From the NCBI GenBank assembly GCA_902537055.1, contig CACAZW010000004.1, positions 1,970 to 65,969 on the forward strand: 64,000 bases of DNA, in the 5' to 3' direction. The first letter of the stretch is position 1. Each line of letters opens with the position of its first letter. The stretch is from an uncultured Pelagibacteraceae bacterium. Lineage in GTDB: Bacteria > Pseudomonadota > Alphaproteobacteria > Pelagibacterales > Pelagibacteraceae. The notes beneath the pieces are model-generated. The model saw only the letters and a list, made by a program, of their open reading frames with translations. It was not told the DNA's origin and did not search any database. The position numbers were made by a program, and so were the translations under genes. Below, piece by piece: positions 31,522 through 42,793 of this stretch.

Positions 31522-32488
31522 ATATTTTGAAGTAAACAAAGTAATAAAGAATAATATTAATTTATTTCTTTTTTATGGAAAAAATGAAGGATTACAAAAT
31601 GAAACGATAGAAAATAATTTCATAAAAAAATTTGATGGAATTATTAATAAATACGAAGAGACTGAATTTATTAACAATTTTGAAATAATTATTAATGAAA
31701 TAATCACAAAATCTTTATTTGACAATAAAAAAATTATAATTGTGTCGAGAACAACTGATAAAATTATTAAATATATTGAAGAAGTTCTAAAGAGAGATCT
31801 AGAAGATATTAAGGTTATTTTGAAGAGTGGTACACTTGAAAAAAAATCTAAATTGAGAATTCATTTAGAGAAAAATGATAAAGCTTATGTAGTTCCATTT
31901 TATGAAGACAATTTAAAAAGCTTATCAAACATAGTAGTTGATTTTCTAAATAAAAATAAAATTAAAATATCGACAGAGTCCGTTAACTTATTAATAAGTA
32001 GAGCAAGCGGAAATCGAGATAACTTAAAAACTGAGTTAGAAAAGATCTTAAATTACTCAAAGTCAAAAAAAATAATTGATTTTGAAACAGTTAAAAAATT
32101 AACAAACTTATCTGAAAATATTGATGTAAGTGAGTTAGCAGATAATTTTTTAAAAAAGAATAAAAAAAATATTTCTAAAATTTTAAATGAAAATAATTTC
32201 TCAGATGAAGATTGTGTTCTTATCTTAAGAACAATATTATCTAAATCAAAAAGATTAATGGGCATTATTGAGAGACTAGAAATATCAAAAAACATTGACC
32301 AAGTTATATCTTTAACAAGGCCTCCAATATTTTGGAAAGATAAAGAAAACGTTAAAATACAAGCAAATAAATGGAGTTTAAATGACTTAAAAAATAAAAT
32401 ATTTCAAATAAGTGAAATTGAAACTCTTATTAAAACTAATTCAAAAAATTCATTAAATTTGTTGTCAGATTTTATTGTTAATAATTAA
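31511..32488 (+). CDS. holA: DNA polymerase III delta subunit
   Basis: LFYG, SLF, ELEK and PPIFWK motifs; synteny. Confidence 0.88.
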   Translation: MIIKYFEVNKVIKNNINLFLFYGKNEGLQNETIENNFIKKFDGIINKYEETEFINNFEIIINEIITKSLFDNKKIIIVSRTTDKIIKYIEEVLKRDLEDIKVILKSGTLEKKSKLRIHLEKNDKAYVVPFYEDNLKSLSNIVVDFLNKNKIKISTESVNLLISRASGNRDNLKTELEKILNYSKSKKIIDFETVKKLTNLSENIDVSELADNFLKKNKKNISKILNENNFSDEDCVLILRTILSKSKRLMGIIERLEISKNIDQVISLTRPPIFWKDKENVKIQANKWSLNDLKNKIFQISEIETLIKTNSKNSLNLLSDFIVNN

Positions 32489-33336
32489 TAATTTTTTTTT
32501 ATTATTTTAATCAACCTATCTAATTGATCAAAATCTTTATATTCTATAGACAAAGTACCTGAATTATTTTTTTTGTTATTTAAAATAACTTTCATGCCTA
32601 TTTTTTCAGATAGTTCATTTTCTGTTGCGATTGTATTTGCATTTTTTGACTTAAGGGGTTTGTTAGATCCATTTTTAAAAAGTCTAACCAAACTTTCTAA
32701 TTGCCTTACAGAAAGTTTTTTTTTAATTATTTTATCTGTTAATAAAACTGCATTTTCTAGACCAACTAAAACTTTAGCATGACCTTGTGAAATTTTATTA
32801 ATTCTTATTAAGTTCAATATCTTTTCTGGAAGTGATAGTAAACGAATAGAGTTTGAGATATGAGATCTACTTTTTCCAATAAACCTGGAGACTTTTTCAT
32901 GATCATATCCAAAGTTTTCAATAAGATTATTATAACTTTCAGCCTCCTCAACAGGATTTAGATCTTTTCTCTGAACGTTTTCTATAATTGCTAATTCTAA
33001 TGATTTGAGATTATCTGCCTCGATAATAACTACAGGCACTTCATGAATGCCGGCTAATTGGGCCGCTTGCCATCTTCTTTCGCCTGCTATTAATTCAAAT
33101 TTATCATCTTGATCTTCTGATTTTCTAACAACTAATGGCTGAATTATGCCCCTTTCTTTAATTGAATTTTTTAACTCTTCTAAAGCCTCTTTTTCAAATA
33201 ATTTTCTAGGTTGATTTTTATTTGGAACTATTGAACTTATTGAAATTTTATCTTTAGAAGTCTTTATATCACTATCACCAATCAGTGATGATAGGCCTCT
33301 TCCTAAGCCCTTCTTACTTTTAAAAGGATTTATCAT
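32485..33336 (-). CDS. parB: Chromosome partitioning protein ParB
   Basis: GLGRGLSSLI, QPRK, GERRWQA and ENVQR motifs. Confidence 0.97.
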   Translation of the reverse strand: MINPFKSKKGLGRGLSSLIGDSDIKTSKDKISISSIVPNKNQPRKLFEKEALEELKNSIKERGIIQPLVVRKSEDQDDKFELIAGERRWQAAQLAGIHEVPVVIIEADNLKSLELAIIENVQRKDLNPVEEAESYNNLIENFGYDHEKVSRFIGKSRSHISNSIRLLSLPEKILNLIRINKISQGHAKVLVGLENAVLLTDKIIKKKLSVRQLESLVRLFKNGSNKPLKSKNANTIATENELSEKIGMKVILNNKKNNSGTLSIEYKDFDQLDRLIKIIKKNY

Positions 33337-34133
33337 GCAGCACTCTCCACTTGTTTATCTTGTTCTAAAAATTCATCTGTAAATTTAAAGTAAGCCTTAC
33401 TTCCAGGACATATTTTATCATATAGTAGTACAGGTATGCCATGGGATGGTGCCTCGGATAATCTAACATTTCTTGGCACAGCAGTTGTGTAAACTTTTTC
33501 CTTAAAATAGCTCCTTGCCTCTATCTCCACCTGTCCTGAGAGCTTATTTCTTTTGTCAAACATTGTAAGTAGTATTCCTCTAATTTCTAATGATGGATTT
33601 AAATTGGATTTTATCCTTTCAATAGTCTTCATTAGCTGCGTAAGTCCTTCTAATGCAAAAAATTCTGTCTGCAGCGGAACCACTAAAGAGTTAGAAGCCA
33701 CCAATGCCATAATTGTAAGCAAACTTAGGGATGGAGGGCAGTCAATTATTATATAATCATACAATGCTCTAGAATCATTTAAAATAAGGCCTAATTCGTC
33801 TTTTAATTTAAAGGCCCTCCGACTATCTCCAGCTGTTTCGATCTCAAGACCTGACAAATCAACATTAGATGTTATTACATTTAGATTTTCAAAGCCTGAT
33901 GGTTGTATAACCTCTAAAATTTTCTTATTTCCATTGAGAACACTGTAAATAGTTTTCTCTGAATTGGTTGTGTTAGATAATCCGAGACCAGTTGAAGCGT
34001 TACCTTGTGGGTCCAAGTCTATTACCAAAATTTTTTTTCCTTTTATTGATAGTCCTGCTGCTAAATTAATTACTGTTGTCGTCTTACCCACTCCTCCTTT
34101 TTGATTTATGACTGAAATTATTTTTTTATCCAT
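33333..34133 (-). CDS. parA: Chromosome partitioning ATPase ParA
   Basis: KGGVGKTT, DLDPQGNAS and DCPP motifs. Confidence 0.97.
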   Translation of the reverse strand: MDKKIISVINQKGGVGKTTTVINLAAGLSIKGKKILVIDLDPQGNASTGLGLSNTTNSEKTIYSVLNGNKKILEVIQPSGFENLNVITSNVDLSGLEIETAGDSRRAFKLKDELGLILNDSRALYDYIIIDCPPSLSLLTIMALVASNSLVVPLQTEFFALEGLTQLMKTIERIKSNLNPSLEIRGILLTMFDKRNKLSGQVEIEARSYFKEKVYTTAVPRNVRLSEAPSHGIPVLLYDKICPGSKAYFKFTDEFLEQDKQVESAA

Positions 34134-34226
34134 TATTTTTATATATATTTTTCATTCTTATAATTTTTCTAAGTGCATCTTATATTTATGTATCTCACCA
34201 GAAAATTTTTTAAAAAAATATCTTTG

Positions 34227-34871
34227 TTAAACATTTTTTTTTTTTAAATTTGAAATTTTTACGATTAAGGACTGGTTATTTGTCAAACTTTTTTTTTTTT
34301 CATAGTCAAAGTTCCAATTTTCATGAGCATTATCAATAACTGTCTTTCCAGTCTTACCTAAAAATAAAATAATATACTTGAAATTTTTAAAATTATTTTT
34401 TGCTATTTGAAAAATTTTTGGCAAAGGTTTGAATGCTCTTGAAATTATAACATCCGTTGTTAAATTTTTTTCGCTAAAAATATTTTTTCTATGAATTTCT
34501 GAGTTTAAATTAAATTTATCTGTCATTTCTCTCAAGAAAAGACTTTTGTGATAGCTTTTTTCATAAAAAATTACCTTAAATAAGGGTTTTTTTGGTTTCA
34601 TCAAAATCCCTAAAACTATACCAGGTAAACCAGCTCCTGATCCGAGATCAGTGCAAATTTTTATATCATTTTTATCAATAAAATCAATTATTTGTGCACT
34701 ATCTTCTATATGCCGTTGTTTTATTATATTTTCAGTACTTTTGCTGATCAAATTTATTCTTTTATTTCTTGAAATTATTGATTTTGAATAGTCTTCTAGT
34801 TCCTTTAATGTTTCACGTGAAACATTAGAGTATTTTGTATTATTTGTTTTTAAAATATTCGAATCAATCAA
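34227..34871 (-). CDS. rsmG: 16S rRNA G527 methyltransferase RsmG (GidB)
   Basis: [20 protein letters not shown] and SRAF motifs. Confidence 0.95.
   Translation of the reverse strand: MIDSNILKTNNTKYSNVSRETLKELEDYSKSIISRNKRINLISKSTENIIKQRHIEDSAQIIDFIDKNDIKICTDLGSGAGLPGIVLGILMKPKKPLFKVIFYEKSYHKSLFLREMTDKFNLNSEIHRKNIFSEKNLTTDVIISRAFKPLPKIFQIAKNNFKNFKYIILFLGKTGKTVIDNAHENWNFDYEKKKSLTNNQSLIVKISNLKKKNV
34806..34827. promoter_or_regulatory. parS centromere site (inside rsmG)
   Basis: Perfect consensus TGTTTCACGTGAAACA (34809-34824) within a 22-bp palindrome. Confidence 0.92.
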
Positions 34872-36739
34872 GCTATATGCTTAATAGACTTTCTTTTTAG
34901 ATGAGACAACAAAATATATACAGCAGCAGGAGTAATTCCATCTATTCTTAAAGCTTGTCCCATTGTTTTAGGCCTTATTTTCTTAAATTTTGATTTTACT
35001 TCGTTTGAAAGTCCAGAAAAAATGTCATAATTAAGGTTTTCTGGAATTAATAAATTTTCATCTCTTTTAAATGCTAAAATATCTGCTTTTTGTTTTTTCA
35101 AATAACCTTTATAATGAGAATTTATCTCTAATTGTTCGTCAATTTCACGTGAAAAATATGGGATATCTGGCCATATTTCTCTTATTTTACTCATATTAAC
35201 AGATTTTTGTCCTAATAACTGATTTGCTGACCGATTCACACCATCTTTTGCAATTTTTATTCCGAATTTTGACACTCTTGATGGTGTAATCATTAAATTA
35301 TCCATTTTAGACTGAATTTTTGATAAATTTTGAAACTTATCTTTATAAACCTGTTTTCTTTGTTCTAAAACTAGCCCTATATCAATCCCTTTTTTTGTAA
35401 GTCTTAAATCTGCGTTGTCTGATCTTAATGACAGTCTATATTCGGCCCTTGATGTAAACATTCTGTAAGGCTCTACAACACCTTTTGTTACAAGATCATC
35501 TATCATTACTCCTATATATGCTTCAGACCTATCTAAAATAAATGGTTCTTCTTCTTTAAAAGCCAGTGCAGCATTCGTTCCAGCAATAAGTCCTTGAGCT
35601 GCTGCTTCTTCATATCCAGTAGTTCCATTTATTTGACCAGCTAGATAAAGATTTTTAATTTTCTTAGTCTCCAAAGTTAAAAAAAGCTCTCTTGGATCTA
35701 TAAAATCATATTCTATAGCATACCCTGGCCTTAAAATACTTACACTCTCTAAACCATTGATTTTGCTGCATATTTCTTGCTGAACATCAGCTGGTAAAGA
35801 TGTTGAAATTCCATTTGGATAGATTGTATGGTCATTTAACCCTTCTGGCTCTAAAAAAATTTGATGTCTTTGTTTATCTGCAAATTTTTTTACTTTGTCT
35901 TCTATAGAAGGACAATATCTTGGTCCTACTCCTTTTATACTTCCAGAGTACATTGCACTTCGTTTTATATTTTTAGAAATAATTTTGTGAACTGCTTCGT
36001 TGGTATAAGTCACCCTACATGAAATTTGTTTATTTAATTTTTTTTTTGTTAGGAAAGAAAAAAAATATGGCTCAGCATCCGCATGCTGCTCTTCTAAATT
36101 TTCAAAACTTATTGTACGTGAATCGAGTCTAGGCGGAGTTCCAGTTTTCAATCTTCCTATTTTAAAGTCATACTTTTCTAACTGTTCACTCAAACCTGTA
36201 GAGGGTTTTTCATCAAATCGACCAGCTGGAGTTGTATCTTCGCCAATATGAATCAAGCCATTTAAAAAAGTGCCAGTTGTCAAAATTATCTTAGACGATT
36301 TTATTTCTTTACCTGATTGTGTTATAAAACCGATTATACTGTTATTTTTAAAATTAAACTTAATTACAGGATCACTAAAAATGCATAAATTACAGTAGTT
36401 TACAAGTTTTTCTTGCATAAATTTTTTATATAATGATCTATCACTTTGAGTTCTTGGTCCTCTAACAGCTGGCCCTCTGCTTCTATTTAATAATCTAAAT
36501 TGAATACCAGATTTATCTGCCACTTCTCCCATCACACCATCTAATGCGTCTATCTCTCTTACCAAATGCCCTTTTCCCAAACCTCCAATTGCTGGATTAC
36601 AAGACATTTCTCCAATTGTATTAAATCTATGTGTGAACAAGGCAGTGTTAACACCCAACCTGGCAGATGCAGCAGCTGCCTCACAGCCAGCATGACCCCC
36701 TCCTATTACCACCACATCAAATGTTAATTCTTTTTTCAT
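34868..36739 (-). CDS. mnmG: tRNA modification enzyme MnmG (GidA)
   Basis: [22 protein letters not shown] and [12 protein letters not shown] motifs. Confidence 0.98.
   Translation of the reverse strand: MKKELTFDVVVIGGGHAGCEAAAASARLGVNTALFTHRFNTIGEMSCNPAIGGLGKGHLVREIDALDGVMGEVADKSGIQFRLLNRSRGPAVRGPRTQSDRSLYKKFMQEKLVNYCNLCIFSDPVIKFNFKNNSIIGFITQSGKEIKSSKIILTTGTFLNGLIHIGEDTTPAGRFDEKPSTGLSEQLEKYDFKIGRLKTGTPPRLDSRTISFENLEEQHADAEPYFFSFLTKKKLNKQISCRVTYTNEAVHKIISKNIKRSAMYSGSIKGVGPRYCPSIEDKVKKFADKQRHQIFLEPEGLNDHTIYPNGISTSLPADVQQEICSKINGLESVSILRPGYAIEYDFIDPRELFLTLETKKIKNLYLAGQINGTTGYEEAAAQGLIAGTNAALAFKEEEPFILDRSEAYIGVMIDDLVTKGVVEPYRMFTSRAEYRLSLRSDNADLRLTKKGIDIGLVLEQRKQVYKDKFQNLSKIQSKMDNLMITPSRVSKFGIKIAKDGVNRSANQLLGQKSVNMSKIREIWPDIPYFSREIDEQLEINSHYKGYLKKQKADILAFKRDENLLIPENLNYDIFSGLSNEVKSKFKKIRPKTMGQALRIDGITPAAVYILLSHLKRKSIKHIA
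35141..35156. promoter_or_regulatory. Second, degenerate parS site (inside mnmG)
   Basis: aaTTTCACGTGAAAaa: 12-bp parS core. Confidence 0.6.
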
Positions 36740-36815
36740 ATTTGTAATTTATTATTGATCCTAAAATTTACAAGAAAACACTTAAATTTGATTAAAAAGT
36801 GAGTAATTTCAATGT

Positions 36816-38147
36816 TTATTTGCCAATGCAAAAATCATTAAAAATTGAGCCTAATATCTCTTCAACATCAACCTTTCCAACTATAGTTCCTAGATATCTA
36901 GTTGCTAACCTTAAATCTTCTGCTGCTTTATCAAAATCTTCTAAGGAATTTTTTTCGTCAAAATTAGTTAAATGCTCAACACATTTCTCAAGATTAGTTC
37001 TATGTCGTTGTCTTGTAATATATATATTATCGTGAATAATAAATTTATTTTTGAAATTTTCTTTTATCATGTTTATGAGTTTATCTAAATTTTTTTCCTC
37101 TTTTATTGAAATTAAAACTGGGTCATAATTTTTTATCTTATCTGTAATGTTATCAGCGCCTAAGTCCATTTTATTAATTACTAAGATCGATTTTTTTGTT
37201 TCAAAATTCTTCAAAAAGTGAGAAATATCAACACTTTTAGGTTCTATAACAATTAAATTTAAGTCGGAATTTTCTGCTCTTTCTAAAGCTAATTTAATTC
37301 CTCTTTTTTCAATTTCATCTTTTGAATCCCTTATTCCTGCGGTGTCTGAAATTACAACAGGATAACCATCCAAATTTAGGTGTGCCTCAATAACATCTCT
37401 TGTGGTTCCTGCAATTTCAGAAACAATTGCAACATCTCTATTTGATAGATAATTTAACAAAGAGGATTTTCCAGCGTTTGTGGGACCAATAATTGCAATT
37501 TTAAACCCTTCTCTTATTCTTTCTCCAACTTTTTGGTCATTTAATATTTTATCTATTTCATTTTTGATACTTTTAGTTTCTGATTGAATATTTTTCAAAA
37601 TATTGTCTGGCAAATCTTCTTCTGGAAAATCAATTTTTGCTTCTATGTTTGACAATATTTTTAATAGTCTTTCTCTTAATGAATTAAATTTATCTGAGCT
37701 TTTGCCTATCATGATTTTTATTGCTTGTTTTCTTTGTATTTCTGTCTCTGATGAAATTAAATCTGAAATACTCTCTGCTTTAAGTAAATTTATTTTTCCA
37801 TTCTGAAATGCGATTTTGGTAAATTCACCTGGCTCCGCTAATCTACAACCATCAATTTTTGATATACACAAGTAAATTGCTTCAATTACAGCCTTGCTTC
37901 CATGAACATGAAATTCTGCCATATCTTCACCTGTATAGCTCTCAGGACCTGGAAACCATAATAAAATACCCTGATCTATTAACTCCTTTGTTTCAGGGTT
38001 TATAAACTTTCTTATTGATGCAACTTTTGGGCTAGGGATCGGTAAAAAAGTCATGTTTTTCAATACTTTTTTTGTTTTTGGCCCAGAAACTCTTATGACG
38101 GCAATACCAGATAATCCGGATCCAGATGAAAGTGCGTAAATAGTCAT
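36816..38147 (-). CDS. mnmE: tRNA modification GTPase MnmE
   Basis: GPTNAGKS, GTTRD, DTAG and NKMD motifs; C-terminal FCIGK. Confidence 0.98.
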   Translation of the reverse strand: MTIYALSSGSGLSGIAVIRVSGPKTKKVLKNMTFLPIPSPKVASIRKFINPETKELIDQGILLWFPGPESYTGEDMAEFHVHGSKAVIEAIYLCISKIDGCRLAEPGEFTKIAFQNGKINLLKAESISDLISSETEIQRKQAIKIMIGKSSDKFNSLRERLLKILSNIEAKIDFPEEDLPDNILKNIQSETKSIKNEIDKILNDQKVGERIREGFKIAIIGPTNAGKSSLLNYLSNRDVAIVSEIAGTTRDVIEAHLNLDGYPVVISDTAGIRDSKDEIEKRGIKLALERAENSDLNLIVIEPKSVDISHFLKNFETKKSILVINKMDLGADNITDKIKNYDPVLISIKEEKNLDKLINMIKENFKNKFIIHDNIYITRQRHRTNLEKCVEHLTNFDEKNSLEDFDKAAEDLRLATRYLGTIVGKVDVEEILGSIFNDFCIGK

Positions 38148-38189
38148 TTTATTATAGCTACAATATGAATTTAATATAAAAATAATTCA

Positions 38190-39029
38190 ATGATTATTTG
38201 GCTAGCATCGTATCCAAAAAGTGGAAATACATGGGTTAGATCATTCTTATCTGCATACTATTATTCAGTTGATGGTAATTTTAGTTTTGAATTACTAAAA
38301 AAAATTAAACAGTTTCCTAACAAAGAATTTTTTGATCAAAAGTTAAAGAGTGTTCATGAAGCATCAACAAATTGGCTGGTTGCACAAAAAAGGATAAAAG
38401 AGGAAAAAAAAATATACTTTCTAAAGACACATAATATATTTGGAGCATATAAAGGAAATAATTTTACTACTCCTGAATTTACAGCAGGAGCTATATATGT
38501 AGTAAGAGATCCAAGAAATGTTTTAACATCTTTGATGAATCATTATTCATTAAGTGAGGATGAGGCTTTAAAAATGATTAATAGCATATATCGTAATTTA
38601 AAAGATGAACAAGATAATGAAAATTATTCAAGCTATTCATTCATAAGTTCTTGGGCTAATAATTATAATTCTTGGAAAAAACAAAAAAACATAAAAACCT
38701 TATTTATTAAATATGAAGACATAGAAAATGATACAGACAATACCTTTTCTAGAATTTTAAATTTTACAAATAAGATTATTAAAAAAGAAAATATTATTAA
38801 CAAAGATAAATTTAAACGGGCAATTGAAACAACAACATTTGATGTGCTAAAAAAAAAGGAGGCTAATGAGGGATTTAATGAGGCAGTTTACTCCAAGAAA
38901 GACGGAAAAATTAAACCCTTTTTTTACTTGGGAAATCAAAACAATTATAAAAAGCTTTTAAAAGTTAAGACAACTAATTCTATTGAAAAATTGTTTTACA
39001 GTGAGATGAAAGAATTAAAATATCTATAA
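38190..39029 (+). CDS. Sulfotransferase domain protein
   Basis: SYPKSGNTW (5'-PSB loop), KTH, RDPRNVLTS (3'-PB) and YED motifs. Confidence 0.88.
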   Translation: MIIWLASYPKSGNTWVRSFLSAYYYSVDGNFSFELLKKIKQFPNKEFFDQKLKSVHEASTNWLVAQKRIKEEKKIYFLKTHNIFGAYKGNNFTTPEFTAGAIYVVRDPRNVLTSLMNHYSLSEDEALKMINSIYRNLKDEQDNENYSSYSFISSWANNYNSWKKQKNIKTLFIKYEDIENDTDNTFSRILNFTNKIIKKENIINKDKFKRAIETTTFDVLKKKEANEGFNEAVYSKKDGKIKPFFYLGNQNNYKKLLKVKTTNSIEKLFYSEMKELKYL

Positions 39030-39036
39030 TTTAAAA

Positions 39037-40308
39037 CTATGAAGGTTTATTCATAGAATTAAAGAAATCAGAGTTATTTTTTGTATCTTTAAGTTTTGAA
39101 TTTATAAATTCTATTGCATCCATAGATCCCATTGGGGCTATAATTCTTCTTAATACATTCATTTTTTGAAGGTCATTTTTCTCAAAAATTAGCTCTTCTC
39201 TCCTTGTTCCAGATTTGGTTATATCTATAGCCGGGAATATTCTTTTTTCAGAAATTTTTCTATCTAATATAGTCTCGCTGTTACCTGTACCTTTAAATTC
39301 TTCAAATATTACTTCATCCATTCTACTACCCGTATCTATAAGAGCTGTAGCTATAATAGTTAATGAACCTCCTTCTTCAATATTTCTTGCTGCACCAAAA
39401 AATCGTTTTGGTCTTTGTAATGCGTTTGCATCAACTCCCCCTGTCAATACTTTACCAGAGCTTGGAACAACTGCGTTGTAAGCTCTTCCCAATCTTGTTA
39501 TTGAATCTAGAAGTATTACTACATCTTTTTTATGTTCTGTTAATCGTTTAGCTTTTTCTATTACCATTTCAGCAACAGCAACATGTCGCTGTGCGGGTTC
39601 GTCAAATGTTGAACTTATGACTTCTCCTTTAACAGTTCTTTGCATATCTGTTACTTCTTCGGGTCTTTCATCAATTAATAAAACCATTAAATAACACTCT
39701 GGATGATTTGCGGTTATTGAATTTGCTATACTTTGTAAAATCATAGTTTTCCCTGCTTTGGGAGGAGAAATGATTAGTGATCTTTGTCCTTTTCCAATTG
39801 GGCTAACTAAATCAATCAATCTTGGTGTTAGGTCTACCTTTTTCTCTACTTTCACAGCTTCAACTTCCATTACTAGCTGTTTGTTAGGGTAAAGAGGTGT
39901 AAGGTTGTCAAAAGCGATCTTGTGTTTAAATTTTTCGGTATCTTCAAAGTTAATTTTGCTAACTTGCAACAATGCAAAATATCTTTCACCTTCTTTAGGA
40001 GCTCTTATTGGTCCCTCAACAGTGTCACCCGTTCTTAATCCAAACCGTCTTATTTGGTTTGGACTTACATATATATCATCTGCTCCTGGCAGGTAATTAG
40101 ATTCCATTGCTCTTAAAAAACCAAAACCATCTTGAAGTAATTGAAGAACTCCACCTCCTGTAATTTCCTCTCCTTTTTCTGCAAGTTTTTTTAAAATTGC
40201 AAAATAAATCTCCTGTCTTCTAAGTGTGCTTGCATTTTCTATTCCTAAATTTTCAGCTTCATTGATAAGTTGTTCTGAGCTTTTTTCTTTTAATTCTTGT
40301 ATATTCAT
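39037..40308 (-). CDS. rho: Transcription termination factor Rho
   Basis: DGFGFLR, PIGKGQR, DERPEE and SGTRREE motifs. Confidence 0.98.
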   Translation of the reverse strand: MNIQELKEKSSEQLINEAENLGIENASTLRRQEIYFAILKKLAEKGEEITGGGVLQLLQDGFGFLRAMESNYLPGADDIYVSPNQIRRFGLRTGDTVEGPIRAPKEGERYFALLQVSKINFEDTEKFKHKIAFDNLTPLYPNKQLVMEVEAVKVEKKVDLTPRLIDLVSPIGKGQRSLIISPPKAGKTMILQSIANSITANHPECYLMVLLIDERPEEVTDMQRTVKGEVISSTFDEPAQRHVAVAEMVIEKAKRLTEHKKDVVILLDSITRLGRAYNAVVPSSGKVLTGGVDANALQRPKRFFGAARNIEEGGSLTIIATALIDTGSRMDEVIFEEFKGTGNSETILDRKISEKRIFPAIDITKSGTRREELIFEKNDLQKMNVLRRIIAPMGSMDAIEFINSKLKDTKNNSDFFNSMNKPS

Positions 40309-40365
40309 ATTGGGAGATTTAATTAGATATGATTAATATAGTTATGTGTTTAGAAAATTTCAACC

Positions 40366-40800
40366 CTATAAAGGCTTAAAAATAACAACAAAAACGATCA
40401 AAATAAGCAACAATGTAGGTATTTCATTAATGAGTCTGTAAAATTTGTGACTATATACATTTTGATCAATTTTAAATTGGGCAAGAATTTTACCAAGATA
40501 AAAATGATAAAGTGTCAATATAATAACAAAAATTATTTTTAATATCATCCAAGTTTGCCCTATTTGTTGAAATCCAATACTGTGAATTAAAATGACACCA
40601 AAAATCCAAGACAAAATCATAGCTGGAGTCATAATATAAAAGAATAATTTTCTTTCCATTGTCTTAAATATTTCAGAGGTTTTTTTTTCTGAACTATTTT
40701 CAACATGATAAACAAAAATTCTAGGCAAATATAGAAGTCCGGCCATCCAAGAAATAACAGAAATTAAGTGTAAAGACTTAAATAATAAGTAAAAATTCAT
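40366..40800 (-). CDS. hemJ: Protoporphyrinogen oxidase HemJ
   Basis: KSLH, WMAGLLYLPRIFVYH and NEIP motifs. Confidence 0.95.
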   Translation of the reverse strand: MNFYLLFKSLHLISVISWMAGLLYLPRIFVYHVENSSEKKTSEIFKTMERKLFFYIMTPAMILSWIFGVILIHSIGFQQIGQTWMILKIIFVIILTLYHFYLGKILAQFKIDQNVYSHKFYRLINEIPTLLLILIVFVVIFKPL

Positions 40801-40802
40801 TA

Positions 40803-41795
40803 TTATATTTTATTTTCAATCAAACTTTTTAACAAAAGTATATGATCATCACTATCATTTAAGCAAGGAACCATGTCAAAATTTTCTCCACCAGACACCA
40901 TGAAACTCTCTTTGCCTTGTATAAGTATTTCTTCTAATGTTTCTACACAATCAGAAGAGAAGCCAGGGCATACGGCTAAGACATTTTTTTTGCCAATTTT
41001 TGGAAGCTCTTCTAAGGTTTTGTCTGTGTATGGTTGCAACCATTCTTGTGGTCCAAACCTCGATTGGAAAGTTGTTTTAATTTCAATAGAGTCGAGCTTT
41101 TCACTAATAAGTCTTGTCGTTTTATGACAATAACAATGATAAGGATCGCCTTTATCAAAATATTTTTTTGGGATCCCATGATAAGAGGCCAATATTAAAT
41201 CTGGTTTCCAGTCAATCTCACTAATTTTTTTATTTATAGATTTTACTAATGCTTCTATGTACAATGGATTAGACTCATAGTGTGGTATTATTTGTAAAGA
41301 CGGCTGCCATCTCATATTCATGAGTGTTCTATAAACCTCATCACAAACTGTAGCTGTAGTGGCGGCAGCATATTGTGGATATAGAGGTAAAATCACTAAA
41401 TTTTCACATCCTTCTGAATATAGTTTTACTATTTTACTCTTAATACTTGGGTTTCCATATCTCATCGCAAAATCAATAATTAAATTTTCACCTTTAAAAT
41501 ATTCAGAAGTTTTTTCTGTTTGTTTTTTTGTGTAATAAAGTAATGGGGACATGTTTTCATTTTTCATCCAAATTTCTTTATAGGCTTTTGCTGTTTTGGA
41601 AGGTCTAAAAGTTAATATAAAAAGATTAAGAATTATTTGCCATAAAATTGGATTTAATTCTATAACTCTTCTATCAGATAGAAACTCCTTTAAATATTTC
41701 CTTATGTCAAACCAATTAGTAGAATCGGGTGTTCCAAGATTGATCAATAACACTCCAGTTTTTCCAAATTTAATTGGGGGATGTTCTTTTTTCAT
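40803..41795 (-). CDS. hemH: Ferrochelatase
   Basis: NLGTP, LYPQY, QSRFG and DCVETLEE motifs. Confidence 0.97.
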   Translation of the reverse strand: MKKEHPPIKFGKTGVLLINLGTPDSTNWFDIRKYLKEFLSDRRVIELNPILWQIILNLFILTFRPSKTAKAYKEIWMKNENMSPLLYYTKKQTEKTSEYFKGENLIIDFAMRYGNPSIKSKIVKLYSEGCENLVILPLYPQYAAATTATVCDEVYRTLMNMRWQPSLQIIPHYESNPLYIEALVKSINKKISEIDWKPDLILASYHGIPKKYFDKGDPYHCYCHKTTRLISEKLDSIEIKTTFQSRFGPQEWLQPYTDKTLEELPKIGKKNVLAVCPGFSSDCVETLEEILIQGKESFMVSGGENFDMVPCLNDSDDHILLLKSLIENKI

Positions 41796-42793
41796 TTATA
41801 ATTTCTCACAGTTTCCACAAGTTCATAAATCATATCTAATTCTGTTTCAGGTAAAATACCATGACCTAGATTGAAGACATAAGGATGGTCTTTAAATATA
41901 TCGAGGTATTTTCTAATTTTATTATTTAAATTTTCTTTATTAGACAAAAGAATCTTTGGGTCTAAACCTCCTTGTATCGGTATATCTAAAGATTTTACTA
42001 AATGTTCTGGATCAACATTATAATCAATATTTATCATACTAGGCTTAACAATTTTAGTAAATCTAACATAATCAGTAATGCCTCTTGGGAAACATATAAC
42101 AGGGACACCTAAATTTTTTATGTGATCCACTAGAGATAATGTTGGACTATACAAAAATTTATCAAAATCCTCTTTTATTAAACCAGCCCAACTATCGAAA
42201 ATTTGAATTATTGTAGCACCAGCTTTTATTTGATTTTCAATATGAATTTTAATAAATTTATCCAACAAACTTAGAATTTCATTAATTAGAACTTCGTCTT
42301 TGAAAAAATCGTCAGATAATCCGTTTTTGGGTGAAATTTTATTTATCATATATACCAACAACGTCCATGGGGCTCCTACGAAACCAATTAGATCCCTTCT
42401 TTCAAGATCTTTAGTATTTTTAAGATTAGATAATAATTTATATACAGGTAATAAATTTTCCGTAAACTTATTCTTAGTTACACTTTGAATTTTTTTTAAA
42501 TCAATAGATCCAAGACTAGGACCAAAGTTTTTTTTAAATTCAACAGATTGGCCCATGCCATAAGGAACCATTAATATATCTGAGAATATTATTGCAGCAT
42601 CAAAACCGAATCTTTTTATTGGCTGTAATGTTATCTCCTCAGCCAAAGTATAATTTAAACACAATTTAATAAAATCTGGATTTGATTTTCTGATCTCTCT
42701 AAACTCTGGCAAATATCTTCCAGCTTGTCTCATCAACCAAACGGGATTAATTTTAGTGCTTTTATTTATTAAACATTCTTTTATTGGCGTCAT
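41792..42793 (-). CDS. hemE: Uroporphyrinogen decarboxylase
   Basis: WLMRQAGRYLPE, FSDIL and FNLGHG motifs. Confidence 0.97.
   Translation of the reverse strand: MTPIKECLINKSTKINPVWLMRQAGRYLPEFREIRKSNPDFIKLCLNYTLAEEITLQPIKRFGFDAAIIFSDILMVPYGMGQSVEFKKNFGPSLGSIDLKKIQSVTKNKFTENLLPVYKLLSNLKNTKDLERRDLIGFVGAPWTLLVYMINKISPKNGLSDDFFKDEVLINEILSLLDKFIKIHIENQIKAGATIIQIFDSWAGLIKEDFDKFLYSPTLSLVDHIKNLGVPVICFPRGITDYVRFTKIVKPSMINIDYNVDPEHLVKSLDIPIQGGLDPKILLSNKENLNNKIRKYLDIFKDHPYVFNLGHGILPETELDMIYELVETVRNYK

Noticed and set aside
34108-34233. Small ORFs in the rsmG-parA gap (plus strand MTEIIFLS..., minus strand MFNKDIFL...) and a short open frame after the rsmG stop
   Set aside because: No motifs or convincing initiation signals; typical of AT-rich noise
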